Shown: positions 1-9,995, counted from the first letter of the stretch. The stretch: 42,704 nt of DNA from Candidatus Omnitrophota bacterium (GCA_041651495.1 JBAZJC010000002.1:1-42704), one strand, 5' to 3'. Program-made: numbers and translations. Notes: a model not told the origin generated them from the letters alone.

Positions 1-590
1 TTCATGATGTCGAGTTCACGTGGAACATATCTGGCAAATTTGGTCATATAATGCGTGAAATCCCGTGTCGTGTAATGGAATATTGGATTTTTGAGTTTGC
101 GACATGGAAGATTTGTAACGATTTGTTCATGAACCGGTTGCGTCCAGACCACCTGCAACCTTGGAAAAAGCCGGATATGGGAATCTTTGAACGCATCGCC
201 GAATCTCAACCGCTTACCAAAGAAAAAGGTCTGGAACTGGATCGCGTAGACATACTTCTCGTCCTGTCCTCTTCCTGCAGGAAGAGAATCGGGTGCGGGA
301 TGGATGACCGTTTTAATTTCTTCCGCTAACTGCGGTGTCACTCGCTCATCCGCGTCGATGAACAAAACCCAGTCCCCTTTTGCCTGACTCATTGCAAAAT
401 TCCGCTGGCTGGCAAAATCGGTGAACGGATGCGTAACGACCCGCGCCCCGTATTTTTCAGCAAGCACAACGGTTGCATCCTGGCTGTTCGAATCCACCAC
501 GAGAATTTCATCCGCCCACGACAGAGCAGTAAGACATTCCGGGATATTCTTCTCTTCATTATTTGTTAAAACGATTGCGGAAAGTTTCAT
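1..590 (-). CDS. Glycosyltransferase family 2 (WaaE/KdtX-like), N-terminal ~196 aa; the 3' end lies beyond the window start
   Basis: Not in the ORF track because it runs off the window edge. Hand translation of the minus strand from ATG 590-588 stays open down to base 3: MKLSAIVLTNNEEKNIPECLTALSWADEILVVDSNSQDATVVLAEKYGARVVTHPF...GDWVLFIDADERVTPQLAEEI...PVHEQI...HYTTRDFTHYMTKFARY. This is a classic GT-A/GT2 N-terminus with a DAD (DxD-type) motif. The + strand ORFs 51..329 and 421..615 are its antisense shadows. Confidence 0.85.
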   Translation of the reverse strand, partial: MKLSAIVLTNNEEKNIPECLTALSWADEILVVDSNSQDATVVLAEKYGARVVTHPFTDFASQRNFAMSQAKGDWVLFIDADERVTPQLAEEIKTVIHPAPDSLPAGRGQDEKYVYAIQFQTFFFGKRLRFGDAFKDSHIRLFPRLQVVWTQPVHEQIVTNLPCRKLKNPIFHYTTRDFTHYMTKFARYVPRELDIM

Positions 591-713
591 AGGCCAGTTC
601 TCTTTGTCACTCTGATCCAGCCAACGACGGGAGAAGAATCTCACATTGAGGCCCTTCGTGCTCGGCAAAACCCAAGACGATGTTCGAAAATACGCCCTTA
701 GCGTTTAAATTCA

Positions 714-2444
714 TTACAATGCGACTTTTTTAGAAGGGATCGCTGCATTCATTCTTCTAAAGATTGCAAGCCCATCTTCTTCCAAAGAGAGACCATAGCC
801 GCTTTTCAGAAGGATTTGTTTCTCAGAAGCATAGTGCTCTTTCAGCAAAGCACTGTCGATCACGACATAGTCTGCATGGCGCGCTTTCCAGGAACCACCC
901 TCTTTAAGATGATTATTTTCGTAGATGTGGAGCTCTTTTCGATTCGCTGCGTGTGGAGCGTAGAACTCATGAGTCCTAAGGGAGAATTCGCTTGGGATTG
1001 CTCGAAGGACCGCACGAACCTGTTTTGTGTGCGGTGTGATCGAGATCCACTGGCGACGCATCGGATATACCTCCGAGCCCCCACTCATAAGAACCGCCGT
1101 CAGAAGAATCAGATAGGCCGCATAACGGCGAAAGAAGCGGAGCTTTGCAAGAGCCATGACCGAAGAAATCAGTACGAAAGGTGTCAGTGTGGCTGTGTAC
1201 TGAAAAAAAATCGAACGGGTCATTTCATTACGTGAAAGGATGTTCTGCGCCAGAGTAGGAAGTGACAGAATAAAGGGGGCGGGTGCAAAAATACTTGAAA
1301 AGGCTAAAGGCCCGTAGATCTTCACCAGATACTCGAAGGTGTCAGGCCGAAGCACATGCTTTATAAAAGGGCCCCATCCTGCTTGAAGCCACGAGGTAAA
1401 ATTCCCATCGAGATATGCATAAGGCGCGCCGGAAAGCTTTGGTATCAGAACATGGATAATCGTGAAAAAATAAACAACTGAAAACACCATCCATCCGATA
1501 CCCCATAACCTGACGGGATTCAGGAACACCCGCTGTCTTGCTTGGCATTCAGCATCGCCAACACTGGATGTTGGCTTAGGTGAAGACATAAAAAATGTTG
1601 CATAAAGTCCAAACGCAAAAGCGATGGTCGCTATATTTTCTTTGGCCATCAGGGCAATTGCCAGAAAAAATGATGCCTGGAGCGTTTTCCTTTCTTCGAG
1701 AAAAACGAAAGTCCAGAACAAAAATGGCATAGCCGCAACCTCCGGATGAAAATCGAACCGCACGGCATTCCGGACCGGCAAAGAAAGCACAAACGCAAGG
1801 CAAAAAAGGACCGCCCAGGATGGAGATTGGCCGCTTTTTCTGACGATGCGAGCCAAAGGGAAAACACAGGATGCGACGGCAAAGGCTTGGATCGCCAGTA
1901 AAAGCCCCGGCTCAGGCCATGCTCGGTATGGCAAAGCGAACACAGCCAACAGTGGCGCAAAATGATCGCCCAGAAGACAGATACCACCTTTGATGCTGGA
2001 ATAGAACCAATCGCCCTGGGTTGTATTCCAGATTGCTTGTGTGAAGATGGCCATGTCGAAGGATGTTTGAAGTGCAGCGTGTCTTAGCAGGCCTGAAGCG
2101 GTCCACCAGAATCCAAAAAGAACGAAGAATCCTGTGATCCAGAACATCGAAGCAGATTCCCAGGTCTCAATAACTCTTATCAAAAAACTGCGGGTTCCGA
2201 TTTCTTTGTCCCAACGCGCCCATTCAAACAGAACAAGCCCGAGGATCACCGCCGCTGCCGCCACATAGACGAATAATTTTCTGTAAATTTTGGGGGTGGT
2301 GTTGAAAACTGCATTCCATGACTCTGGAAGGAATGGCAATCCCCCGCTGAAATAGAATGCGATCAGAAGAAAAAAAATCACTTCGGCTACTCGATACCCG
2401 CCTATCCTGAGCCATCCGTTTTTTTCTTTCATAGTCTCTTTCAA
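714..2444 (-). CDS. DUF2079-type polytopic membrane protein (predicted GT-C-like glycosyltransferase), paralog 1
   Basis: 576-aa ORF, hydrophobic throughout, with a soluble C-terminal tail. The blocks DMAIFTQAIWNTTQGDWFYSSIKGGICLLGDHFAPLL, FHPE and AKEN match what I recall as the Pfam DUF2079 signature. The ORF at 10043..11650 shares them. Confidence 0.75.
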   Translation of the reverse strand: MKETMKEKNGWLRIGGYRVAEVIFFLLIAFYFSGGLPFLPESWNAVFNTTPKIYRKLFVYVAAAAVILGLVLFEWARWDKEIGTRSFLIRVIETWESASMFWITGFFVLFGFWWTASGLLRHAALQTSFDMAIFTQAIWNTTQGDWFYSSIKGGICLLGDHFAPLLAVFALPYRAWPEPGLLLAIQAFAVASCVFPLARIVRKSGQSPSWAVLFCLAFVLSLPVRNAVRFDFHPEVAAMPFLFWTFVFLEERKTLQASFFLAIALMAKENIATIAFAFGLYATFFMSSPKPTSSVGDAECQARQRVFLNPVRLWGIGWMVFSVVYFFTIIHVLIPKLSGAPYAYLDGNFTSWLQAGWGPFIKHVLRPDTFEYLVKIYGPLAFSSIFAPAPFILSLPTLAQNILSRNEMTRSIFFQYTATLTPFVLISSVMALAKLRFFRRYAAYLILLTAVLMSGGSEVYPMRRQWISITPHTKQVRAVLRAIPSEFSLRTHEFYAPHAANRKELHIYENNHLKEGGSWKARHADYVVIDSALLKEHYASEKQILLKSGYGLSLEEDGLAIFRRMNAAIPSKKVAL

Positions 2445-2508
2445 AATACAGCTTTTGATTTAATATAAAAACAGGATTTAAAGTACCCGCTATTTCAGAT
2501 ACCGGCTG

Positions 2509-4461
2509 TCAGTGGAGCTGGCCTTGTGAGGGTACTTTGAAAACATAAAATGTTTTTCCAACCCGGTAAAGCGGCCGTCTCCCATAAAACCATGACTTAA
2601 AATTATTTTGTTGAGCCATGTAATACCCAATGCCAAGGGCGTAGAATCCAGGGGCGGGATTGATCAAGTCATTCGTTTCCAATCGTTTCCAGGGTATCTT
2701 GTAATATTCATAAATATCAGCATTTTCGGCCTCTGATGCGATTATAATGGACGGGAGTTTCCTTTCAAGAACGAATTCCGCGAGGCGTTTGTTATCCTGC
2801 CCCCAATTCAAATTTGAATCCGCCACAAGTTTGGAACCTTGTTCCGGACTACCAATCCACTCATTAAAGTATGCCAGATAGTCGGACCCCGCCAATACGG
2901 TCCGGACAGCGGAAAAAACAAAGAGAACTGCAAGGACTACAGCCAAAAAATGTTTTACTGGTTTTGTCGTTATTTGCCCGATCAAAGATCCGGTGTATCC
3001 TGCCAGCAAGAAAAGGAAGGGATAAATGGGCAGAATGTGGCGAAGGCCGATATAGATCTTGTTTTGCATGGCTGCCCCAAGAAAAAAAACAAGTGGAAGA
3101 AAAACAAGGGACTTGATCAGTACCGAACGTTTGGAGAAAAACAGACCGATCGCTCCGAGGACCATTAAAACGAGTGTTAGCAAGGGAGTTTTAACGGCTA
3201 GGACACCCGGAAAGTAGCACCAGTTACAGGCAATGAAAGAACCTTCCACGCAGATCCCGTGTCCGTCCTTCGAATGGTTCAGAACGATACCGAGAGGTTT
3301 TATGAAATTTCCAAATCCGGCGAACTGGTAGAATTTATAAATAAAATCCGTGTATCCGAGGACGATTACCAAGGCGGCCAAAACCCAAATCGCCAGGAAA
3401 AATTTTAGAATGCGCATCCTGACATCTTTCGCGGAGAACCGAGCCAAAAAAACAGCAAGGCCGAGTGCCACAAGATTCCCGATCGTTAAAAATGATGCGA
3501 CAGAAACTCCGTATTTCTTTTTAAGTCGCATGGAGTAAACAATACAAAGAACAGCGCCAGCAAGAGCTGTCACTTTGAGAACGATCCTGAGGACTCTGGA
3601 ATTCCGGATCTTTTCAACGTCCCGGGCGCAAAGGTAGAACGCAAAAAGACAGAATGGACCGAACAGGACCATCGCCTGTCTTTCCCCGATTGCGTTCGCA
3701 ATCAAAAAAAGCGAGATGCCAAGGATCCACTTTTCAAATGAAGACGAAGGCGCTTTGATTAGGGCCGGATTTACGCCAGAAAAATAATAGACCAGGAACA
3801 AACTGGAAATGGCCGGCAAAAGGATCAATCCGCTGATCTTGGACATAAATGTCAAACCACATACAATACCGAGCAATACAGCCCGACCTGCAGAGGGCTG
3901 ATCAAAAAATCTTTTGAGAGCGTAGAAGGAAAAAAAGTAAAATACAGTGATCCCCATATCGGTGGTATAGAGGCTCCCATGGGCAAGCATATTCGGGTCA
4001 AAGGCAAAAAGGCCAAGAGAAAGAAGCGCTCCCCACATACCAAAAAGCTCTCCTGCAAAACAAAAGACGCCAATTCCCAGAAGAACCGTCAGTAGAACTA
4101 TCGGAATTCGCTCCAACAAGAGAATCAGGCCCGGATCATTTCCCATTTTGTAGAGAAAGAGGGCCCCGGTCTTCGAAATATCGACGGACGTGGATTCGGG
4201 CAGACGGATGAAGTTCTGGATCGGAAACTCGGGATGTAAAAACAGAAGCGGGAGAGAACCGAGCTGGATAATAAAGGGAGGATGCTCGCCCAGGAACTTA
4301 TAATCGTTGTAACGAACCATGGGATAACCGCTTCCGTTGTAATAGGTCTCATCCGTGGTTTGCCCATGGATCCAGGCCGCATAGGAACATTGAGCCGCCA
4401 AAGCTCCGATAAGCAAGGCAACCAGAATCCAATATATTGAAATCCGTTTTACATTCGACAT
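2509..4461 (-). CDS. ArnT/PMT_2-like (GT39/GT83-type) GT-C membrane glycosyltransferase
   Basis: The ORF track gives 2509..4563, but those first 34 codons overlap the upstream gene end and are not membrane-like. ATG 4461 (MSNVKRISIYWILVALLIGALAA) runs straight into TM1. The first external loop, TTDETYYNGSGY...LGEHPPFIIQLGSLPL, shows the DE..Y / hPPL pattern of ArnT/PMT_2 enzymes. Many TM segments are followed by a soluble C-terminal domain. Confidence 0.7.
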   Translation of the reverse strand: MSNVKRISIYWILVALLIGALAAQCSYAAWIHGQTTDETYYNGSGYPMVRYNDYKFLGEHPPFIIQLGSLPLLFLHPEFPIQNFIRLPESTSVDISKTGALFLYKMGNDPGLILLLERIPIVLLTVLLGIGVFCFAGELFGMWGALLSLGLFAFDPNMLAHGSLYTTDMGITVFYFFSFYALKRFFDQPSAGRAVLLGIVCGLTFMSKISGLILLPAISSLFLVYYFSGVNPALIKAPSSSFEKWILGISLFLIANAIGERQAMVLFGPFCLFAFYLCARDVEKIRNSRVLRIVLKVTALAGAVLCIVYSMRLKKKYGVSVASFLTIGNLVALGLAVFLARFSAKDVRMRILKFFLAIWVLAALVIVLGYTDFIYKFYQFAGFGNFIKPLGIVLNHSKDGHGICVEGSFIACNWCYFPGVLAVKTPLLTLVLMVLGAIGLFFSKRSVLIKSLVFLPLVFFLGAAMQNKIYIGLRHILPIYPFLFLLAGYTGSLIGQITTKPVKHFLAVVLAVLFVFSAVRTVLAGSDYLAYFNEWIGSPEQGSKLVADSNLNWGQDNKRLAEFVLERKLPSIIIASEAENADIYEYYKIPWKRLETNDLINPAPGFYALGIGYYMAQQNNFKSWFYGRRPLYRVGKTFYVFKVPSQGQLH

Positions 4462-4502
4462 GTTTTCCGATTTTTTCTTTTCTTGAAATGAAAAACGGAG
4501 CC

Positions 4503-6203
4503 CTAGGAACACTTTAAAACACGCAAGACAGCGGGCCGTTTTTTCTTTTTCTTGAAGAGCCACCGTTCAAGCAGACTGTCCTTGTTGATGCCGTTAACCG
4601 TTCCGATTTGTTTAATTTCAGGCTTCCCCGACACATCAAGCTCTTTGATCGTAACATAATACGCATATCCTTTTTTTGATTGAAACTTAAAATCATCGAT
4701 GGAATCATGATCCAGCTTTACCTTATTCCAGCCATCGTAGCTAAGCCCCAAAGCATAATAGAGATGATTTTTGATTGCTCCGGGCCGATCCCGGTAACTA
4801 TCCAGCGAGCAATAAAACTTACCCACAGCGAGATCATCAACAGGTTTCCCGCCACCCATATCTTTAAAGATCGTTCGTGCTGTCCCCCAAAAATAATTAA
4901 GCTTTCTGCCTAGCATGATCCGCACCGACAGGGAGTTCTGCGCATTTTCAAAAATGTTGAAACCAACGGAAAAGGTCCATAGTAGCAATAACCCTATCCC
5001 CCAGGATCTCCCACCGCCTTTTACGGCACAGTAACTCAACCGGGCGATCATTACTATAAGCGGGGCCATGGTCCCGCTGAAATAGCGTGGGTCGGGTTGA
5101 AACATTCCAAGAAATGGGAGCTCGGCAAGGAACCAAACGCCACAAATACGGACCATGGGATGGCTCCAAAAAAATATGACGTCCTTGGACTTGGCAATGT
5201 ATCTGCGCCAGATAAAGACACTCCCCGTGATGATGATAGTCCAGAGCATGAAAAAACCGAGCGTTCGCGCAATCGATACGGGAAAGACATGATCCCAGGA
5301 GAAAAAGGTCGATACCACTTCATTGTCGTACCCGCATTCGTAATTCCGGAAAAGCAGCCTGCTAATTGTTGTTAAATCAAAATGAACGTTCGGGAGAGCA
5401 CCACCGTTCAAATACATAACAGGAATGATCTGGAAGGCTACAAGTGCCATCGCAACATTCATCGAGAGATATTTTACAGGGGCTTGTTTCCAAGACTGGA
5501 AGCAAGCCACAGAAGAAAGAAAAACGGTCATCGGCAGTACCAGCATCGGCTCTTTGGCCTTGATCCCGATCCATCCCGTGACAAACAACGCGAAAAGCAT
5601 CCATCGAAACTGCCTGTTCGAGCCCTGATTAAAGATGTTCTTTTGGATTTTGTAAAAAATCCATATCCCCAGGAAGAGAAAAAAGTAGCACAGCGTAACC
5701 GTATCCGCAATCCACAGAACATGGCTGTAGTGTGCGGGAACAAAAAGAAAAACAAGAGTCCCCAAAATCGCATAGAGCCATGGGACTATCTGGGCCAGCA
5801 TCAAAAAAACAAACATCACGCAACCCGCAAAGAAAATCCCTTTGGTCAAAAAATACATGGCAAAGGGATTGAGCCCAAAACACTGCTGAGAAAACTTGAG
5901 GAACATCGGAAGGACGATCCTCTTGTATTGGACCTCATCATAGCGATCTGTCTGCCCTACCCAGTTATGGCTCTGGGACCAGGGCGTCAAAAAACTCGAC
6001 GCGAATTGGCTCCAAGGTGTTTCTCTCGCAAGGATGATCTTGTCCCAATCGTCAATATCACTGGCGGGAAGACCCTGGAATAAAAGAACCGACCAGGATA
6101 AAGTTAAACAAAAAAACAGACACGCAATCAATCGTATCCGTCTAGCGGATGTTGAAGCCGTACCATCTTGCAAGCTATCGTGTCCCATAACTTTTTTCCG
6201 CAT
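4503..6203 (-). CDS. Orphan polytopic membrane protein, GT-C-like architecture, family not recognised
   Basis: 566-aa ORF with numerous hydrophobic segments. It has an acid-rich first loop (GLPASDIDDWDKIILARE) and a soluble C-terminal region ending in a Lys-rich tail (LFKKKKKRP). It lies between a methyltransferase and an ArnT-like gene. ATG 6188 is an alternative start. Confidence 0.6.
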   Translation of the reverse strand: MRKKVMGHDSLQDGTASTSARRIRLIACLFFCLTLSWSVLLFQGLPASDIDDWDKIILARETPWSQFASSFLTPWSQSHNWVGQTDRYDEVQYKRIVLPMFLKFSQQCFGLNPFAMYFLTKGIFFAGCVMFVFLMLAQIVPWLYAILGTLVFLFVPAHYSHVLWIADTVTLCYFFLFLGIWIFYKIQKNIFNQGSNRQFRWMLFALFVTGWIGIKAKEPMLVLPMTVFLSSVACFQSWKQAPVKYLSMNVAMALVAFQIIPVMYLNGGALPNVHFDLTTISRLLFRNYECGYDNEVVSTFFSWDHVFPVSIARTLGFFMLWTIIITGSVFIWRRYIAKSKDVIFFWSHPMVRICGVWFLAELPFLGMFQPDPRYFSGTMAPLIVMIARLSYCAVKGGGRSWGIGLLLLWTFSVGFNIFENAQNSLSVRIMLGRKLNYFWGTARTIFKDMGGGKPVDDLAVGKFYCSLDSYRDRPGAIKNHLYYALGLSYDGWNKVKLDHDSIDDFKFQSKKGYAYYVTIKELDVSGKPEIKQIGTVNGINKDSLLERWLFKKKKKRPAVLRVLKCS

Positions 6204-6936
6204 TAAGTCCTTTACAGATAAAGGCCATATTATGATAAAAATGGACCGACGTTATATGAGTATCAAAATAGGTCGGAGAATAACCCTGTTTTTCAAACTC
6301 AATGTAATTAAGGCCATCCACATGCGATTTAAAGAACCCCATCGATGTGGCGGTATTGTTCAGGTTCACACTATCTCCCCCATAGCGCGGCCAATAGGCA
6401 GTCTGGAGATCCTCGCCCACGTAGATACCGCCATCTTTTAGAAGCGGGAATAAGACCTTAAACGAGCTGATAACGTGCTCATTGATGTGGCTTCCGTCAT
6501 CAATGATGATATCCAAGGATCCTATCTCGTTAAAAACCTCCCTCAAAAAACTTTCATTCGCCTGGCTTCCCCTGAAAATTTTTATCCGTTCCTCCTGCAG
6601 AGAACTCTTGTCGTAGATGTCGATGGAATAGATCATGCTATTCGGGAAATATTTCTTCCACATCCGAAGCGAAGCCCCGCCTTTCTTTGGGTCATCATCG
6701 CCCCCGACACCGATCTCCAATATTTTTAATTTCTTCTTCCGCAAAACGTGGAAATGCCGCTGATAATGTTGCGCGTACCAGTGCGCGTTCCATTTATCGG
6801 TCCTATAAATTTCGGCCAGCTTTACCAAATTATTCCGATAAAAAATTGACACGCAACGTTCGTAGAGACTTTTCAACCGCCGTTTGGATTCCGGAGACAA
6901 TTTCCGTTTAATCCCTTCAAGAATATTTTTATTCAT
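6175..6936 (-). CDS. Class I SAM-dependent methyltransferase, sugar O-methyltransferase-like
   Basis: The ORF-track start (GTG 6966) overlaps the upstream stop. ATG 6936 is preceded by GGAGAGG with a 4-nt spacer. The SAM motif is LKILEIGVGG...GGASLRMWKKYFPNSMIYSIDI, followed later by IIIDDGSH and DGGIYVGEDL. The N-terminal YRTDKWNAHWYAQHY block resembles rhamnosyl/fucosyl O-methyltransferases (from memory, not searched). Confidence 0.7.
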   Translation of the reverse strand: MNKNILEGIKRKLSPESKRRLKSLYERCVSIFYRNNLVKLAEIYRTDKWNAHWYAQHYQRHFHVLRKKKLKILEIGVGGDDDPKKGGASLRMWKKYFPNSMIYSIDIYDKSSLQEERIKIFRGSQANESFLREVFNEIGSLDIIIDDGSHINEHVISSFKVLFPLLKDGGIYVGEDLQTAYWPRYGGDSVNLNNTATSMGFFKSHVDGLNYIEFEKQGYSPTYFDTHITSVHFYHNMAFICKGLNAEKSYGTR

Positions 6937-6953
6937 AAAACCTCTCCGATGAA

Positions 6954-7862
6954 TTAATAGGGACACTTTCCCTTTTTATTCAAAAAATAGTCCCGGATAC
7001 CCAGCAGAAACCAGCGGAACCGCTGACGTCCTGCGGGGCTCCAGCTCCACAGAACGGTTTTTTTAAGCAAGTGCAGCAAAAGCCCCCCATAGACCACACA
7101 TTGACCTTTCCGATCATTGTGCATACGGGAAAGAAGAAGAAAATTCCGGATCGTATAATAAACACTCAGTGACGGATAGGCGCTGAGGGTTTTTGAGAGT
7201 TTATGATAGACAATAGCACCGGTAATCACAAGATTCTTGTACCCATGCTCACGACTCCGAAGGCAGAGATCCGCGTCTTCATGAATCAAGAAAAAATCGG
7301 GGTTGAACAGCCCCAACTCCAGAAGGATCTTTGTCCTCATAAACAAAGATGAACCGGGAATAATTTTAGCATCAATAATGTCGGGCATCGAAGGATCATT
7401 CCGATCCGCATAGCGCACCTCTTGAGGGTGAAGGCGCAGCCAATCCATTTCTGTCCCACACGAATCGATCTTGGAACGATTGTCATCGTAACAGACCAAC
7501 GGAGCAACGATCGCAGCGTCCGGAAACCGAATGGCAGATTCGAATAGCTTCAAAAGCGTATCTTTCTCAAGAATGCAGTCATTGTTCAGAATAAAAACAT
7601 AGTCGGCGCCCGATTCCATAGCATGACGAATCCCGACATTATTTCCTCCCGCATAGCCGAGATTAGTCGGCGTTTTAATGAGGCATAGACCGGGATACCG
7701 ATTCCGGAGGATTTCATACGAAACACGATCTTCGGAATTATCCACCATCACGACTTCCAGAGAAAAGCCTTTCATCTCGGAAGCTAATACGGAGTTAATG
7801 CATTCGATCGTATCGTCCGGACGATGATAATTTAAAATAATGACCGAAACCTTGGGGCTCAT
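6954..7862 (-). CDS. Glycosyltransferase family 2
   Basis: MSPKVSVIILNYHRPDDTIECINSVL...VVMVDNSEDR...NLGYAGGNNVGI...YVFILNNDC is a GT-A fold N-terminal domain. There is a 4-nt overlap with the upstream gene. Confidence 0.85.
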   Translation of the reverse strand: MSPKVSVIILNYHRPDDTIECINSVLASEMKGFSLEVVMVDNSEDRVSYEILRNRYPGLCLIKTPTNLGYAGGNNVGIRHAMESGADYVFILNNDCILEKDTLLKLFESAIRFPDAAIVAPLVCYDDNRSKIDSCGTEMDWLRLHPQEVRYADRNDPSMPDIIDAKIIPGSSLFMRTKILLELGLFNPDFFLIHEDADLCLRSREHGYKNLVITGAIVYHKLSKTLSAYPSLSVYYTIRNFLLLSRMHNDRKGQCVVYGGLLLHLLKKTVLWSWSPAGRQRFRWFLLGIRDYFLNKKGKCPY

Positions 7863-8830
7863 CGCGGTCGTGTCCGTTCAGATCTGCAAAGGCTATACCA
7901 AGCATCATTGACGGTATCGATAACCCACTGATCAGACTGCACGAATGTCCCCTTGACTTCCCTCCGGCGCTTGAGGGCTCCCGGTAACTTCGGAATAGCT
8001 TGCAAAAATCCTTGCCAAAAAAACAACTTCCCGACAAATATCGAACCCACGAGACGAACCGGCAGCCAAAACAGGAATCGGGCGAAAATATGGCGATCTG
8101 TGATATTTTTAACCATAAAGAAGATCGCGTTCCGGAACACAAGAGCCTGCGTCGCATTATGGGCAAATACCTTTTCAAAGCTAGCCCCCCCCAAGTGCAT
8201 TTTCTTGCTTAAAGGTTGATAAATACCCTTCCATCCCCGTTTCCATCCCCGATAACACAAATCCACATCCTCATAGCGACCGGGCAGGAAGATCTCGTCA
8301 TAGCCACCCAGTTCGAGAAATTTTTTTCGGTTAAAGGCCGCAACACCGGCCGAAAGCGTAAAGCCTTCTTTTTGGTTCAGCGCTTCATGTCCCTGGTAAT
8401 ACATGTCCGCCGTGAGAAGTCCGTAGTGGATCTTTGCGATCGAACGGTCCTCATTTGTGGCAACAAAGAAAACATCCTCGTCTTTCAAAAACGGCTCCAT
8501 AAGAGGATCCACAAAACTAGGGGCGAGTTCCATATCATTATTCAGAAGGATCACAACATCCTCGGAACAACGTTCCACATACTCGTTAAAAGAACACAAC
8601 ACCTTGTTTTCGCTTGCGATATAGATCTCTACCTGCGGAAAATTTTTCCGAACATAGTCAACACTGTCATCAGAGCTCTGGTTGTCGAGGACGGTCACCT
8701 CACAATGATAGGATGAAAGATTCGCTGCCTTGACAACACTTGGCAGAAAACGCTCCAAAAGATCGCGGCGATTGTACTGGAGAACGACCAAACGGCACGT
8801 CGGTGTGGGTGATGGCATAGGAGGCATCAT
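7859..8830 (-). CDS. Glycosyltransferase family 2
   Basis: CRLVVLQYNRRDLLERFLPSVV...VTVLDNQSSDDSVDYV...VVILLNNDMEL. There is a 4-nt overlap with the upstream GT4 gene. Confidence 0.85.
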   Translation of the reverse strand: MMPPMPSPTPTCRLVVLQYNRRDLLERFLPSVVKAANLSSYHCEVTVLDNQSSDDSVDYVRKNFPQVEIYIASENKVLCSFNEYVERCSEDVVILLNNDMELAPSFVDPLMEPFLKDEDVFFVATNEDRSIAKIHYGLLTADMYYQGHEALNQKEGFTLSAGVAAFNRKKFLELGGYDEIFLPGRYEDVDLCYRGWKRGWKGIYQPLSKKMHLGGASFEKVFAHNATQALVFRNAIFFMVKNITDRHIFARFLFWLPVRLVGSIFVGKLFFWQGFLQAIPKLPGALKRRREVKGTFVQSDQWVIDTVNDAWYSLCRSERTRPR

Positions 8831-9915
8831 TTGATTAAACTTTCATAAACATTGAGCGTTCCCTCAGCAGTTCGGTCCCAAGAAAACTTTTTAATTTGCT
8901 CTTTCCCTCGTAATCGGAGGTCTTGCCATAATGGCGTATCCTCAGCTAAACGGGTCATCCCCTGAGCAATTTGAAGTACATCCACAGGACTGACAAGAAG
9001 CCCCGCGTCCCCCGCTACTTCCGGCATCGAGGTAATATTGGATGTTAACACGGGACAGCCAGACGCCATAGCTTCTAGAATCGGTATCCCAAAACCCTCA
9101 TAAAGAGATGGGAACAAAAGACCTTGAGCTCCGCAATAAAGCGCGTTTAGTTGCTCGTGATCGAGAAATCCGGTCACCACAATACGATCGGAACCGTCGG
9201 CATGCTCCCGCGAAAGCCTCTGTGCATATTTACCGTGAGCGAACGCCGACGAACCCACCATCACCAGTTGATAACCGGGATGCGTCTTTGAGAATAAAAG
9301 GAACGCTGCCACGATCCGGCTAAGATTTTTCCGCGGCTCCAATGTCCCGACAGAAATAAAATACTTATCTCGGATCTTTAACTGCTGCATCAGGCCGGCA
9401 ATAGTTTCCCGGGAGATCTGATCAGTAAATCCTTCGTGGCCGGAAGAGTAAACCACACTGATCTTACGTTCGCGGATACCCAAACAACTCACCAGATCCT
9501 TCTTTGTGTGTTCAGAAATAGCAATAAGCTTATCTGCCTGGCGTATGGTGTAAGGCAGCCAGTACCTCCAGTAAAAGTAGCTTGCGATCCCCATCTGATT
9601 GGAAAAACGCAGTCCGGCAAGATCATGCACCGTCACTACCAAGGGACACGGCTTTAGAAACGCCGGGGAAAATGCTGGGACATGAAGCAGGTCCACCCGA
9701 TGACGCTTTACAAGCTTGGGAAGAGTCCGATTCTCCCATCTGAGCCGGTCAAGCGTCTTAAGGTCCTGTCCGGGTGCCATGGGATCAAAAAATGGGGCAA
9801 GCGCCATAGGCGCCTTGATTTTGTGCTTAATAGCAGCCAGCAAATGGCGGGTATAAACACCGAGCCCGGACTGGCGTCCCTGGGTAGCTTGGGCATCGAA
9901 TCCGACTATTGGCAT
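8827..9915 (-). CDS. Glycosyltransferase family 4 (GT-B, retaining type)
   Basis: C-terminal donor-binding block FPSLYEGFGIPILEAMASGCPVLTSNITSMPEVAGDAGLLVSP (the E-x7-E GT4 signature). ATG 9915 is preceded by GAGAGG. The ORF-track start at 9924 is a TTG three codons upstream. Confidence 0.88.
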   Translation of the reverse strand: MPIVGFDAQATQGRQSGLGVYTRHLLAAIKHKIKAPMALAPFFDPMAPGQDLKTLDRLRWENRTLPKLVKRHRVDLLHVPAFSPAFLKPCPLVVTVHDLAGLRFSNQMGIASYFYWRYWLPYTIRQADKLIAISEHTKKDLVSCLGIRERKISVVYSSGHEGFTDQISRETIAGLMQQLKIRDKYFISVGTLEPRKNLSRIVAAFLLFSKTHPGYQLVMVGSSAFAHGKYAQRLSREHADGSDRIVVTGFLDHEQLNALYCGAQGLLFPSLYEGFGIPILEAMASGCPVLTSNITSMPEVAGDAGLLVSPVDVLQIAQGMTRLAEDTPLWQDLRLRGKEQIKKFSWDRTAEGTLNVYESLIK

Positions 9916-9963
9916 ACAAACCAACCTCTCTCTTTATACTCCAAAATACGAAAGAAAACCGTT

Positions 9964-9995
9964 GAGCCCAACCCGCTATTTTCTGCGTTTGGGCC
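9964..9995 (-). terminator. Possible weak intrinsic terminator after the DUF2079 gene
   Basis: Imperfect hairpin: GCCCAA (9966..9971) pairs with TTGGGC (9989..9994). On the minus strand it is followed by the T-rich stretch GGTTTTCTTTCGTATTTT. It lies in the 118-nt gap between 10043 and 9924. Confidence 0.3.

Noticed and set aside
51-615. Plus-strand ORFs 51..329 and 421..615 at the left edge
   Set aside because: The minus strand here encodes an uninterrupted GT2 N-terminus (1..590) with canonical motifs. The plus-strand ORFs are its shadows, and 421 is a GTG start.
4462-4563. N-terminal extensions given by the ORF track (also 17368..17484, 42589..42675, 28350..28397, 6937..6966, 9916..9924)
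   Set aside because: The extensions overlap the preceding gene, start at GTG/TTG or lack an SD, and are non-homologous in character. Internal ATGs with an SD or a stop/start overlap give canonical N-termini.
5382-6083. 233-aa plus-strand ORF. Similar long plus-strand ORFs occur at 8216..8716, 29374..29835, 32703..33428, 33828..34334, 34671..35396, 39042..39563 and 39651..40223.
   Set aside because: All of them are antisense to minus-strand genes that carry clear family motifs. Their products are basic and low-complexity (K/R/H/P-rich) without recognisable domains.
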